NCBI GenBank assembly: GCA_963600815.1
Contig: CAVCCX010000002.1
Location: forward strand, 16,033 to 80,032
Reading direction: 5' to 3'
DNA length: 64,000 nucleotides
Origin: Bacteroides uniformis
GTDB taxonomy: Bacteria > Bacillota_I > Bacilli_A > RFN20 > CAG-288
Shown: positions 54,050 through 62,894 of the stretch, in pieces
Numbering within the stretch: the first letter of the stretch is position 1
How the letters are laid out: every line of letters starts with the position of its first letter
Position numbers and translations under genes: made by a program
The notes under the pieces: model-generated
Told to the model about the DNA's origin: nothing
The model's database searches: none
What the model saw: the letters and a program-made list of their open reading frames with translations, nothing else

Positions 54050-55795
54050 ATGCAACTAAACAATACCAATTCCATGCCTTTTTCGAGAGAAATCGGAAAT
54101 TATCCTATCAAAGTCGTCGCTTTAGGCGGTCTGAATGAGATGGGAAAGAACTGCTATGTCATCGAAGTGAACAACGACGCCTTTGTCATCGAGGCTGGTT
54201 TGAAATACCCGAATTCGGCCATTCCCGGCGTCGATATCATCATTCCCGATTTCGACTACCTCAAAGGCATCAACAACCGCATCAAGGGAATCATCATCAC
54301 CCATGGGCATGATGACCAGTATGGTGCCCTTCCCTATTTGATGAACATCACCCATGCTCCGATTTATGCCACGGAGACCACCATCAACATCATCAAGGAC
54401 CAGTACGAAAAGAAATTCAAGAAGATGGTCAACTGGGATTTCAGAACCGTCGAGCCAAGCCAGACTGTCAATATCGCCGGACATATCTTCGACCTTTTCC
54501 AGACCACCCATTCTGTCAGCCAATCCTTTGGCTTTGCCTTAAAGACCAAATTCGGAAACATCGTCTACACCTCCGACTTCATCTCCGACTATTTCCCACT
54601 GAAGGGATTCCAGTTTGATCTTCCCAAGGTCGCAAGACTCAGCGAGAATGAGAATACATTCCTTCTCATGACCGAAAGCGAAGCTGCCAACAAGCCGGGC
54701 ATCGCCTCCCCGAATCACAAGATTACCGACAAGATCAAGGACGCCTTCAAGAATCAGACCGGAAAAATCTTCGTCTCCATCTATTCCCAGAACTTCTACA
54801 ACATCCAGGAAGTTATCAACCTAGCCAAGCAGTTCCACAAGAAGATCTGCATCGCCAACAAGGCCCAGGAACCGTTCTTCAACAGAATGGCTGCAACCGG
54901 AAACCTCATCATTCCCGATGACATGAAGATTTCCCTTGCCGATATCAAGATTACCTCCAACAAGGATCTCATCGTCCTTGTCACTGGAAGCGGAGATGCC
55001 CTTTTCAACCTCTGCAAGGATATCTGCTATCATACGATTCCTTCCCTGAAGGTCGAACCGAGCGACTTATGGATCGATGCCGCCCCGAGTGTTCCGGGAA
55101 CCGAAGCCTTGGCGACAGAGGCGAGTGATACCATCTTCCGCACCGATTGCCATGTCATTACGCTTTCGAGAAAAGAAATCGCCAGCATGCATGCCCAGCA
55201 GGAAGATCTGAAGATGATGATTTCCCTCTTCCGTCCAAGATACTATCTTCCGGTCAAGGGCGACTATCGTCTTTTGATGGCCAATGCCCATCTTGCCATC
55301 GATCTGGGTGTCGGACTGAATCACTTCAACACCTTCGTCTATGATAACGGCATGGCCCTTGCCTTCGATGAGAACGGCAAAGCCGTGAAGAAGAATATCG
55401 TCGTGAAGAACGGCGATGTCATGGTCGACGGCAACTCCGTCGGCGACGTCAAGGAAGCAGCCATCGAAGAAAGAACCAAGATGGCCGATGGCGGTGTCCT
55501 CATCATGGGCATCACCTATTCCTCCAAGCAGAGAAAGATTCTCTCCTCTCCAGATATCCAGATGAGAGGCTTCCTCTATCTGAGCGACAACGAACCGATT
55601 CTCAACCAGCTGAACCAGATTCTTGTCTCCAACCTCAACAACTACCTCAATAACAGGGAAAACAAGCTCGTCAATGCTGATATGCAGAAGAAGATCACCG
55701 AGAAGATCAACAAATTCATCATCCATCAGACCAACAAGGAACCGATGGTCATGGTGCAGCTGATCGACTTGGATACCGCTGAAAAACTCGACTAA
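54050..55795 (+). CDS. rnj: Ribonuclease J
   Basis: 581 aa. Beta-lactamase/beta-CASP fold with ITHGHDDQYGALPY, plus a C-terminal domain. Confidence 0.92.
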   Translation: MQLNNTNSMPFSREIGNYPIKVVALGGLNEMGKNCYVIEVNNDAFVIEAGLKYPNSAIPGVDIIIPDFDYLKGINNRIKGIIITHGHDDQYGALPYLMNITHAPIYATETTINIIKDQYEKKFKKMVNWDFRTVEPSQTVNIAGHIFDLFQTTHSVSQSFGFALKTKFGNIVYTSDFISDYFPLKGFQFDLPKVARLSENENTFLLMTESEAANKPGIASPNHKITDKIKDAFKNQTGKIFVSIYSQNFYNIQEVINLAKQFHKKICIANKAQEPFFNRMAATGNLIIPDDMKISLADIKITSNKDLIVLVTGSGDALFNLCKDICYHTIPSLKVEPSDLWIDAAPSVPGTEALATEASDTIFRTDCHVITLSRKEIASMHAQQEDLKMMISLFRPRYYLPVKGDYRLLMANAHLAIDLGVGLNHFNTFVYDNGMALAFDENGKAVKKNIVVKNGDVMVDGNSVGDVKEAAIEERTKMADGGVLIMGITYSSKQRKILSSPDIQMRGFLYLSDNEPILNQLNQILVSNLNNYLNNRENKLVNADMQKKITEKINKFIIHQTNKEPMVMVQLIDLDTAEKLD

Positions 55796-55842
55796 AAAAG
55801 AGCTGTACAGAGAGGAGAAATCCAATCCGTACAGCTTTTTTG
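55796..55842. terminator. Bidirectional terminator between rnj and deoC
   Basis: agctgtac/gtacagct stem with a 20-nt loop, flanked by an A-run and a T-run. Confidence 0.7.
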
Positions 55843-55857
55843 ATGCAGGAATCAAGA

Positions 55858-56496
55858 TCAGTCGACTAATTCAAGGCCGTGCGAAGTTCCGATACGGGTC
55901 GCTCCGGCATTGACCATATCGATCATCTCCTGGCGATTCTTGACGCCACCGCTGGCTTTCACGCCCATCTCAGGTCCGACCGTCTTTCGCATGAGTTCGA
56001 CATCATGAAGGGTCGCTCCGCCTTTGGAGAATCCTGTGGATGTCTTGACAAAATCAGCACCGGCTTCCTTCGAAAGAAGACAGGCTCTCACCTTCTCTTC
56101 ATCACGAAGAAGACAAGTCTCAATGATGACCTTCAGGATGAGATCTCCACAGGCTTTTTTGAGGGTGTGGATTTCATTTCTCACATAGTCATCCTCGCCA
56201 TCCTTGAGCTTTCCGATGTTGATGACCATATCGAGTTCTGTCGCACCATCCTTGATGGCCTGTTTGATTTCCTCTTCCTTGCTATAGGTGCTTGTGGCTC
56301 CCAAAGGGAATCCGATGACGGTGCAGACATTCACTCTCGAACCTTTGAGCATCTCCTTACAAAAGGAAACCCAGCACGGATTGACGCACACGGAAGCAAA
56401 ATCATGCTCCTTTGCCTCAAGGCAAAGTTTCTCAATGTCTTTCTTTGTGGCATCCGGCTTCAATAAAGTATGATCGATCAAACGATTGTATTCCAT
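55858..56496 (-). CDS. deoC: Deoxyribose-phosphate aldolase
   Basis: 212 aa. [17 protein letters not shown] and DFVKTSTGF with the Schiff-base Lys. Confidence 0.93.
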   Translation of the reverse strand: MEYNRLIDHTLLKPDATKKDIEKLCLEAKEHDFASVCVNPCWVSFCKEMLKGSRVNVCTVIGFPLGATSTYSKEEEIKQAIKDGATELDMVINIGKLKDGEDDYVRNEIHTLKKACGDLILKVIIETCLLRDEEKVRACLLSKEAGADFVKTSTGFSKGGATLHDVELMRKTVGPEMGVKASGGVKNRQEMIDMVNAGATRIGTSHGLELVD

Positions 56497-56632
56497 ATAA
56501 ACAACCTCTCTTTCTGAGGGATATTATACCAAAGAAAAGGCTTACGATAGGATAGATGATGAGAAATCAACTGATTTTCATCTCTCGGTATCCCATGAAG
56601 CATAAAACCGGTTACTTTTTTTGCTTTACCTA

Positions 56633-56661
56633 TTGAAAAAAAGACTCATCTTCTATATAAT
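56633..56661 (+). promoter_or_regulatory. Sigma-A promoter TTGAAA-17-TATAAT for rpsT
   Basis: -35 at 56633-56638 and -10 at 56656-56661, about 52 nt upstream of the rpsT ATG. Confidence 0.6.
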
Positions 56662-56713
56662 CATTTACTGCTGTCGACTGTATAGATAATCACGATAAGG
56701 AGATTTATTCAAA

Positions 56714-56998
56714 ATGGCAAATATCAAATCACAGAAAAAACGTATCTTAATCGGCGAGAGAAATCACGCTGCCAATGCCAGCTTCAAGACAAGAATGAGA
56801 CATTCCATCAAGAAGGTCAGACTTGCTGTCGAAGCCAAGGATTTGGCCCTTGCCGAAAAGTTACTTCCTGAAGCTGTTTCTTTGATTGACAAGTCTGTCA
56901 AGAATGGCATCCAGCATGCCAACACGGCTGCCCGTCAGAAGGCCCATATCCAAAAGGCCGTCAACAGCTTGAAGGCTTCTACTGCCGAAGCTAAGTAA
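56714..56998 (+). CDS. rpsT: 30S ribosomal protein S20
   Basis: 94 aa. MANIKSQKKRI... N-terminus, basic and helical. SD aaggag. Confidence 0.95.
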   Translation: MANIKSQKKRILIGERNHAANASFKTRMRHSIKKVRLAVEAKDLALAEKLLPEAVSLIDKSVKNGIQHANTAARQKAHIQKAVNSLKASTAEAK

Positions 56999-57067
56999 CC
57001 AATCCTTTTGCTGTCCTATCTATACAAGAAAAGAACTGTCAATGAAGAAATTCATGAGATAGTCTTG

Positions 57068-57099
57068 GCATGACCATTTGGTCATGCTTTTTCTTTTTT
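57068..57099 (+). terminator. Rho-independent terminator after rpsT
   Basis: gcatgacc/ggtcatgc stem with a 4-nt loop, followed by tttttc. Confidence 0.8.
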
Positions 57100-57104
57100 A
57101 GGGA

Positions 57105-57136
57105 AAGAAAAACACAACCCATTCCCAGGATTGTGC
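57105..57136 (-). terminator. Putative terminator after holA
   Basis: On the minus strand, cacaatcc/gggttgtg stem (one G-U pair) followed by tttttc. Confidence 0.55.
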
Positions 57137-57154
57137 ATTTGCCTCTAAATACAT

Positions 57155-58195
57155 TTATCTCAGATAATTTCGGACAAAGGAAGTCAAGAAGAGTTCCATC
57201 ACGACATCGGGATTATCCATGTACTGCTTGATTCCTTTTTCGAGATTCGAAAGATCAGAAAGAATCCTCAGGCAGGATGAGAAAGGAAGGACAGCGAGTT
57301 CTTTCTTTCGGTAGTAGATAGATCCTGGCTTGATCGTCTTCTGCTGGATTTTTCCAAGTTGGGCTGCAATCTGCTCATTCGAATAGGTCATCTCGATGAG
57401 ATATTTCACCAGGGCGTAGTCCTTGAACTTGCTGGCAAAGGCTGGAAGCATCGAAAGAACTTCCACCCCGCTGTTCCTCAGATCCCGATAGGCGTATAAG
57501 GCAGAGGCTGTATTCTTTTCCATCAGTTTTTTGATGATCTCGAAGACATTATCCTCCAAAGGACGATAGATGAGCTTTCTTACATCATCGGGTGTGATGT
57601 GTTTCGTATAGAGAAGAAGCTTCTCCATTCCATGGACAAAGGTGAGATAATCAATTCCTTTCGGACCATAGGAATTCACAGCGATGACCCGACAACGTGA
57701 AAGAAGCATCTTGATCGCATCGGGCTCGATTTCCTTGCTTTCCTTCTTTGCCATTTGATTGGCAAGCATGACATAGTCATCATCGCTCGGGAGATTGCAT
57801 GACTCGAGATAGATTTCCTCTCCTTCCTGCAAGGAAGAATAGAGGTCTCCGTTCTTCTTGAGATCGGCATCGACCATGATGTAGAGATCCGTATCCTGAT
57901 TCGGAGAGGCAAAATAGGCCTTCAGATCCTTAAAGTTCCCCTGCTGGGAATCACTAAACGGTGCCTTCTTTCCCGTCGACGAAGAAAGAAAATAGCAGTT
58001 TGTATAGACGACGATTTTCTTATCACCGAAAAGTGAGATGGAGGAACAATCCTCCACCACACTTTGGCTCAAATCTTTGTATGCGTCGAATCGGATGATT
58101 TCCTTGTAGGCTTCCGGAGAAAGATTTTCCTTGAGTTCCTTCTCGAGCCGATGCATCGTGAAACCCGAATCCGGACCGGAGAAGACCTTGATCAT
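57155..58195 (-). CDS. holA: DNA polymerase III subunit delta
   Basis: 346 aa. Length and pattern are typical of HolA: SLFGDKKIV near the N-terminus and a helical C-terminal half. Confidence 0.75.
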   Translation of the reverse strand: MIKVFSGPDSGFTMHRLEKELKENLSPEAYKEIIRFDAYKDLSQSVVEDCSSISLFGDKKIVVYTNCYFLSSSTGKKAPFSDSQQGNFKDLKAYFASPNQDTDLYIMVDADLKKNGDLYSSLQEGEEIYLESCNLPSDDDYVMLANQMAKKESKEIEPDAIKMLLSRCRVIAVNSYGPKGIDYLTFVHGMEKLLLYTKHITPDDVRKLIYRPLEDNVFEIIKKLMEKNTASALYAYRDLRNSGVEVLSMLPAFASKFKDYALVKYLIEMTYSNEQIAAQLGKIQQKTIKPGSIYYRKKELAVLPFSSCLRILSDLSNLEKGIKQYMDNPDVVMELFLTSFVRNYLR

Positions 58196-58201
58196 CTTTC
58201 C

Positions 58202-58705
58202 TTAGAGTTTTTCGAATGGCGTATCCGGTTCGTCGATGGCTTCCGCAGAAAGGATGACGACTCTCGTCATCGGGAAATCGAAGGAATTGGTCTTGATGGC
58301 TGTGATCTTATCGACGACATCCATTCCCTTCGTGACCTTGCCAAAAGCGGCATAATCACCATCAAGGAAGGTATCCTTATTCGTATCGCAGATGAAGAAC
58401 TGGCTTCCAGCACTGTTCGGATCGCTCGCACGGGCCATGGAGACCGTTCCACGGCGATGGGAAAGAGCGTTATTGACGCCATTGCTGGAAAATTCGCCTT
58501 TGATGCAATACCCCGGACCACCGGTACCATCACCTTTCGGATCGCCGCCCTGAATCATGAAATTCTTGATGACGCGGTGGAAGGTCAATCCATTGTAGAA
58601 TCCAGACTTGACCAAAGAGACGAAGTTGGCGCAGCTGATGGGGGCATTCTGATAATCGAGTTCGATTTTGATGTCACCCAAGTCTTTGATGTGTAAAATA
58701 ATCAT
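58202..58705 (-). CDS. ppiB: Peptidylprolyl isomerase (cyclophilin type)
   Basis: [15 protein letters not shown] and [18 protein letters not shown] 58705 lies 8 nt after gagg. The track start at 58762 is rejected. Confidence 0.92.
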   Translation of the reverse strand: MIILHIKDLGDIKIELDYQNAPISCANFVSLVKSGFYNGLTFHRVIKNFMIQGGDPKGDGTGGPGYCIKGEFSSNGVNNALSHRRGTVSMARASDPNSAGSQFFICDTNKDTFLDGDYAAFGKVTKGMDVVDKITAIKTNSFDFPMTRVVILSAEAIDEPDTPFEKL

Positions 58706-58763
58706 TTTCATTACCTCGTGAACACGGCTACTATTATAAGAAAAAAAGAGATTTCTTTCCACA

Positions 58764-58796
58764 TGAAAAGCCTCAGTTTTGATTCACCGAGGCTTG
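58764..58796 (-). terminator. Putative terminator after gpmA
   Basis: On the minus strand, aagcctc/gaggctt stem with a 14-nt loop, followed by a short U-run. Confidence 0.45.
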
Positions 58797-58807
58797 TAAG
58801 ACGAAAT

Positions 58808-59560
58808 TTAGTGCTTCTTGGCAGCGTCCTGATTCTTGACGGCGTTGATCTTCGCGTTGATGGCTTCCTGATCGCCAAGATAGTAATGCTTGATCGGCTT
58901 GAGGTCTTCATCCAATTCGTAGACAAGCGGGACACCGGTCGGGATGTTGAGATCTGCGATATCGGCATCCGAGATGTTGTCAAGATACTTGACCAAGGCT
59001 CTGAGAGAATTGCCATGGGCAGCAATCAAGACCTTCTTTCCGGCTTTGATTTCCGGAACGATGGTGTCGTTGTAGAAAGGAACGACTCTGGCGATGGTAT
59101 CCTTCAAGGATTCATGGAGAGGAAGAACCTTTGGATCGACATTCTTATAGGCCGGCTGCAAGGCTGGATTTCTCTTGTCTTCCGGATCCAAGGCCGGTGG
59201 GGCGATATCGAAGGATCTTCTCCACTGATGGACCTGTTCGGCACCATACTTTTCAGTGGTCTCGGCTTTGTTGAGTCCCTGAAGAGCACCATAATGTCTT
59301 TCATTGAGATGCCAATCCTTGATGACCGGGATGTAATCCTCATCGACACCATCCAAGACATGCCAACAGGTATGAATGGCTCTCTTCAATGTGGAAGTGA
59401 AGGCGATATCGAAGGTGAAACCGTCCTCATGAAGAAGTTTTCCACCATTGATGGCTTCCTGAACACCCTTTTCAGAGAGTTCGACATCTGTCCAACCGGT
59501 GAAAAGATTGAGTTTGTTCCATTCGCTTTCGCCATGGCGGATCAAAACTAATTTTGTCAT
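58808..59560 (-). CDS. gpmA: 2,3-bisphosphoglycerate-dependent phosphoglycerate mutase
   Basis: [10 protein letters not shown] with the catalytic His, and AHGNSLRAL. 250 aa. Confidence 0.95.
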   Translation of the reverse strand: MTKLVLIRHGESEWNKLNLFTGWTDVELSEKGVQEAINGGKLLHEDGFTFDIAFTSTLKRAIHTCWHVLDGVDEDYIPVIKDWHLNERHYGALQGLNKAETTEKYGAEQVHQWRRSFDIAPPALDPEDKRNPALQPAYKNVDPKVLPLHESLKDTIARVVPFYNDTIVPEIKAGKKVLIAAHGNSLRALVKYLDNISDADIADLNIPTGVPLVYELDEDLKPIKHYYLGDQEAINAKINAVKNQDAAKKH

Positions 59561-59889
59561 GTAAAGTTATCTCCTTTTTAACGGCAAAATTATACACCAA
59601 AAAAAAGATAAAAAAAAGAGAGAAGGTCGTCTCCTATCACATCGATAAGATAACTGACGATGTCGTCAAACGTGTATTCTTTAACGTTTTATAAACCATT
59701 CATGATTCGTAAAACGCTCATTTTCAAAGATAACGGTTTCGAAGAATTTGCAGAATTCATGTTCTACCATCAGTTCAATTGTTTATGCAAAATAGGTCGA
59801 AGTATTTGAACAAACTGATTTTTTCGCCGTTTTTTCACTGTGTCGCGTTTATTCAACACTTGCTCATTTTTTCACCAACTCAAAATATT

Positions 59890-59918
59890 TTGTAAAGGTC
59901 TAAAAACAAGAGTATAAT
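59890..59918 (+). promoter_or_regulatory. Sigma-A promoter TTGTAA-17-TATAAT upstream of the sORF/ABC module
   Basis: -35 at 59890-59895 and -10 at 59913-59918. Confidence 0.55.
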
Positions 59919-59940
59919 AGAAACAACCGAGGAATTCTCA

Positions 59941-60039
59941 ATGAATCTTGTCATTTATAATCCAGAAACTGCCTACATCACCTATTGCGTGAAACTCGAA
60001 GGCAATGAAGAAAAACCAATCTATTATCTGCATGCATAA
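59941..60039 (+). CDS. Candidate 32-aa small ORF (MNLVIYNPETAYITYCVKLEGNEEKPIYYLHA)
   Basis: ATG lies 7 nt after gagga and about 16 nt from the predicted TSS. It overlaps the permease start (60005) in another frame. No homology recognised. Confidence 0.3.
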   Translation: MNLVIYNPETAYITYCVKLEGNEEKPIYYLHA

Positions 60040-61063
60040 TCTATTCATCAAAAGACTGAAGAGTCGAAAGAAGCAATTCTTCGGCTCTTCTTCTATCTTT
60101 TTCATTTTATTTTCGACATTAAACATCTTATTCCTTTTTTGTTGGAATTTTTTCAGCAATATATATTTATTCTCATTCGGCTACAATAATGATTATTACT
60201 ACTCATATAATGATGTAAATATAAAAGAAGCTGAAGAAACTTATCCAATAGAGGATATTGCATTTTCCTATGATATCGAAAACAAAATCGAAGATGAAAC
60301 AATCATCTTCGAAGCCTTTGTCAGTCCAAACACCTTTTTAGAGGAGTATGGAATCCGTTTGACAAACCGCCTTTTTGTCAATATGAAAGTCAAAGACAAA
60401 GACATATTCTCGAATATGGAAAGCATGGATTATTGCATCATTTCCGAGAATTACAGACATGAGAGGAATTCTCTATCAAAAAACGGAAAGGAATATCCCA
60501 TTCTGTCTACTTTCCAGTTGGAAATGACCTCCGCTATCATCAGCAGTCTAAGGACATCGAATATCAAGGATATGCAACTTGCTCTTTTCGTAGAGAAAAC
60601 CATCGACAAAGATAAATCCGCACAAATCATTGTCAAAGGACATGAAGAGGCGGCAGAAAAAGATGATCTGATTTCCGGAAAAACTCTCAATGATGAATAT
60701 AAGGAAGGATACACAATCTTTCAGCCCATGTTTTATGTCGGATTCCTTATCCCCTATCTCTTTGCCTGCATTTCGATGTTTTTCATTCTCTCCTCCATGC
60801 AGACTCTTTCCATGAAAGAAAATGACATTCTCTATCTCTTGGGAATGAAAAAGAGAAACCTCTATTTCCTCGTCTTAAATGAACGGACACTCGAAATGCT
60901 TCTTGGCTTTTTGGCTTCCATTCTCATTTTCACACCAATCCTTATACCTATCACGAAAACCTTCTTCTATGTGGCATTCATCAATTTTGCCATCCAGCTC
61001 TTGTATGTTCTTCTCATCCTTATTTTCTATACACTCAAAGAAACCAAAAGGAAGTTCCGATAA
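60005..61063 (+). CDS. FtsX-like ABC transporter permease
   Basis: 352 aa. N-terminal TM, an extracytoplasmic region of about 190 aa, and C-terminal TMs with an FtsX-like loop SMKENDILYLLGMKKRN. Confidence 0.7.
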   Translation: MKKNQSIICMHNLFIKRLKSRKKQFFGSSSIFFILFSTLNILFLFCWNFFSNIYLFSFGYNNDYYYSYNDVNIKEAEETYPIEDIAFSYDIENKIEDETIIFEAFVSPNTFLEEYGIRLTNRLFVNMKVKDKDIFSNMESMDYCIISENYRHERNSLSKNGKEYPILSTFQLEMTSAIISSLRTSNIKDMQLALFVEKTIDKDKSAQIIVKGHEEAAEKDDLISGKTLNDEYKEGYTIFQPMFYVGFLIPYLFACISMFFILSSMQTLSMKENDILYLLGMKKRNLYFLVLNERTLEMLLGFLASILIFTPILIPITKTFFYVAFINFAIQLLYVLLILIFYTLKETKRKFR

Positions 61064-61077
61064 GAAAGGAGTGAAGC

Positions 61078-61725
61078 ATGATTGAACTACAGAATTTCAC
61101 AAAAGAATTCAAATCGAAACGAATCTTCGAAAATATCAATATCCAATTTGACAAAAATACGTTCTATGGCATCTATGGTCCTTCGGGATGCGGAAAGACC
61201 ACTCTTCTGAATCTGATTTCCCTTCTCGATGATTCCTATTCCGGAGATATTCTCATCAACCAGAAAAACATAAAGGAAATTAAGAAAAAAGAGGAATTCC
61301 GAAAGAACACCTTCGCTTTCATCTTCTCGGAAGCCAGTCTTTTTGACTATCTTTCCGTCAAGGAGAATATCATCCTCCCTCTGACATTCCGAAAGAAGAA
61401 CGTTCCACAGAATCTGAATGAACTGGCCAAGGAATTATCCATCGACGATCTTTTAGACCGTGACATTTCCACTCTCTCCGAAGGCGAAAAACAAAGAGTC
61501 AGCATCCTCAGAGCCCTTGTCAGCGGCCAGGATTATCTCATCTGTGATGAACCGACCTCCCATCTCGACAAGGAGAATTCGATTCTGATTGTCCAATTGC
61601 TCAAAAAGATGGCTCAGAAGAAAGAGAAAACCATCATCATGTCCTGCCATGATCAGAATCTGATTCCCTATTTTTCGAAAGCCTATGCCATTGAAGAATA
61701 TCATTTACATGAAATCAAATCGTAA
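61078..61725 (+). CDS. ABC transporter ATP-binding protein
   Basis: GPSGCGKTT, LSEGEKQRVSILRAL and LICDEPTSHLD. Confidence 0.92.
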   Translation: MIELQNFTKEFKSKRIFENINIQFDKNTFYGIYGPSGCGKTTLLNLISLLDDSYSGDILINQKNIKEIKKKEEFRKNTFAFIFSEASLFDYLSVKENIILPLTFRKKNVPQNLNELAKELSIDDLLDRDISTLSEGEKQRVSILRALVSGQDYLICDEPTSHLDKENSILIVQLLKKMAQKKEKTIIMSCHDQNLIPYFSKAYAIEEYHLHEIKS

Positions 61726-62827
61726 AATCCGATTCAAGTTCATCCTGAATCTCTCTTATAAGCGAAAAAATCTGTTCATTCTTGGAGCCATCACAAGTCT
61801 TCTTTTGCTTTTGGCTTTTTCCTTCTCCGCCTTCTTCAGGCCCTACTATGAGCACTACAATCCAGATATGGATACAAATGTCATCACCATCCGAAAGGAA
61901 TTCAAGTGTTCCCTTGCGGATGCTGAAGAAACATCAAAGAATTACTACAAAAAAGAAATCGCTCCGCTCTTCGATAAAATAGAGAATGTGACATATTCCT
62001 ACCAGTACACAAGTGAAATGAAGTGGGACTACCTCTATGTTCAGGAAGAAACCAATCTCCACAATTTCGGTTTCATTCCAAGAGATCATGTCGAAAATAA
62101 GGAAGTCATTCTCATCGATGGCGATATAGAGAAGAGTGAAAAATTCTTCCACTATGAAGAAAATACCAAACTCGATTCGATTCATTCCTCTTCGCTGAAA
62201 AGCGATGAAACGAATACCATTCTTTTCAAGCCTTACTTCCATTCGGGAAATCAAGCCCTTGTCATTTCCAGCCAGAATCTCGTCAATGACAAAATGGAAT
62301 TCTACTGCTGCTTTTTCAGCATACGATGCAAGAAAATCACAACCAGCCTGATTTCGAAGATCACGAAACTATCCTCCTCCACCGATCTAGTCAGACGCAT
62401 CTTTGATGGCATGATCCATCCGGCAAGCAACTACATGCGTTTCTATGGAATCATCCATCCTGTTCTCTCCACATTCATCTATATCGATGTCATCCTTGCC
62501 TTGGGAATCTTCTTCAGCACTTCCTTCACCCAATATCTGAGCCTGAAAAACAAGCAGGAGGAAATCAGACAGTATTTCCTGCTCGGGCTCAGCAAAAAAG
62601 ATTTCTTCCTTTCTTCGAATCTCTCCAATTCCTCTTGCTTCGTCATTTCCAATCTCGCGATGTATCTTCTCTATCTTCTCTTTATGGTGATCTTCAAGTC
62701 AGCAAGCGGATATTCCTTCTTCTTCAGTCCTCTCTTCCTTCTTCTCTATTTCGGACTCGGCATCCTGCAGATTCTGATTCAATATCTCTTCGATTCTCTA
62801 TTCTATAGACAACTTACAAAGAAATAA
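61709..62827 (+). CDS. FtsX-like ABC transporter permease
   Basis: Start taken as MKSNRKIRF, overlapping the ATPase 3' end. N-terminal TM, an extracytoplasmic region, and C-terminal TMs with SLKNKQEEIRQYFLLGLSKKD. Confidence 0.7.
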   Translation: MKSNRKIRFKFILNLSYKRKNLFILGAITSLLLLLAFSFSAFFRPYYEHYNPDMDTNVITIRKEFKCSLADAEETSKNYYKKEIAPLFDKIENVTYSYQYTSEMKWDYLYVQEETNLHNFGFIPRDHVENKEVILIDGDIEKSEKFFHYEENTKLDSIHSSSLKSDETNTILFKPYFHSGNQALVISSQNLVNDKMEFYCCFFSIRCKKITTSLISKITKLSSSTDLVRRIFDGMIHPASNYMRFYGIIHPVLSTFIYIDVILALGIFFSTSFTQYLSLKNKQEEIRQYFLLGLSKKDFFLSSNLSNSSCFVISNLAMYLLYLLFMVIFKSASGYSFFFSPLFLLLYFGLGILQILIQYLFDSLFYRQLTKK

Positions 62828-62894
62828 AAAATATTCTTTCTTCTGAAAGCAAGAAAAAAGGCGGGCGATGAAGCCTACCTTTTTTCATTGTGTC

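Noticed and set aside
55067-55855. 262-aa ORF antisense to rnj. Similar long antisense ORFs occur at 38977-39744, 40214-40879, 48358-49074, 52334-53143, 53284-53916, 55879-56466, 58064-58696, 58718-59551 and 62868-63860.
   Set aside because: Each is fully embedded in a gene on the opposite strand that has strong family motifs. None has its own motifs or a ribosome-binding site.
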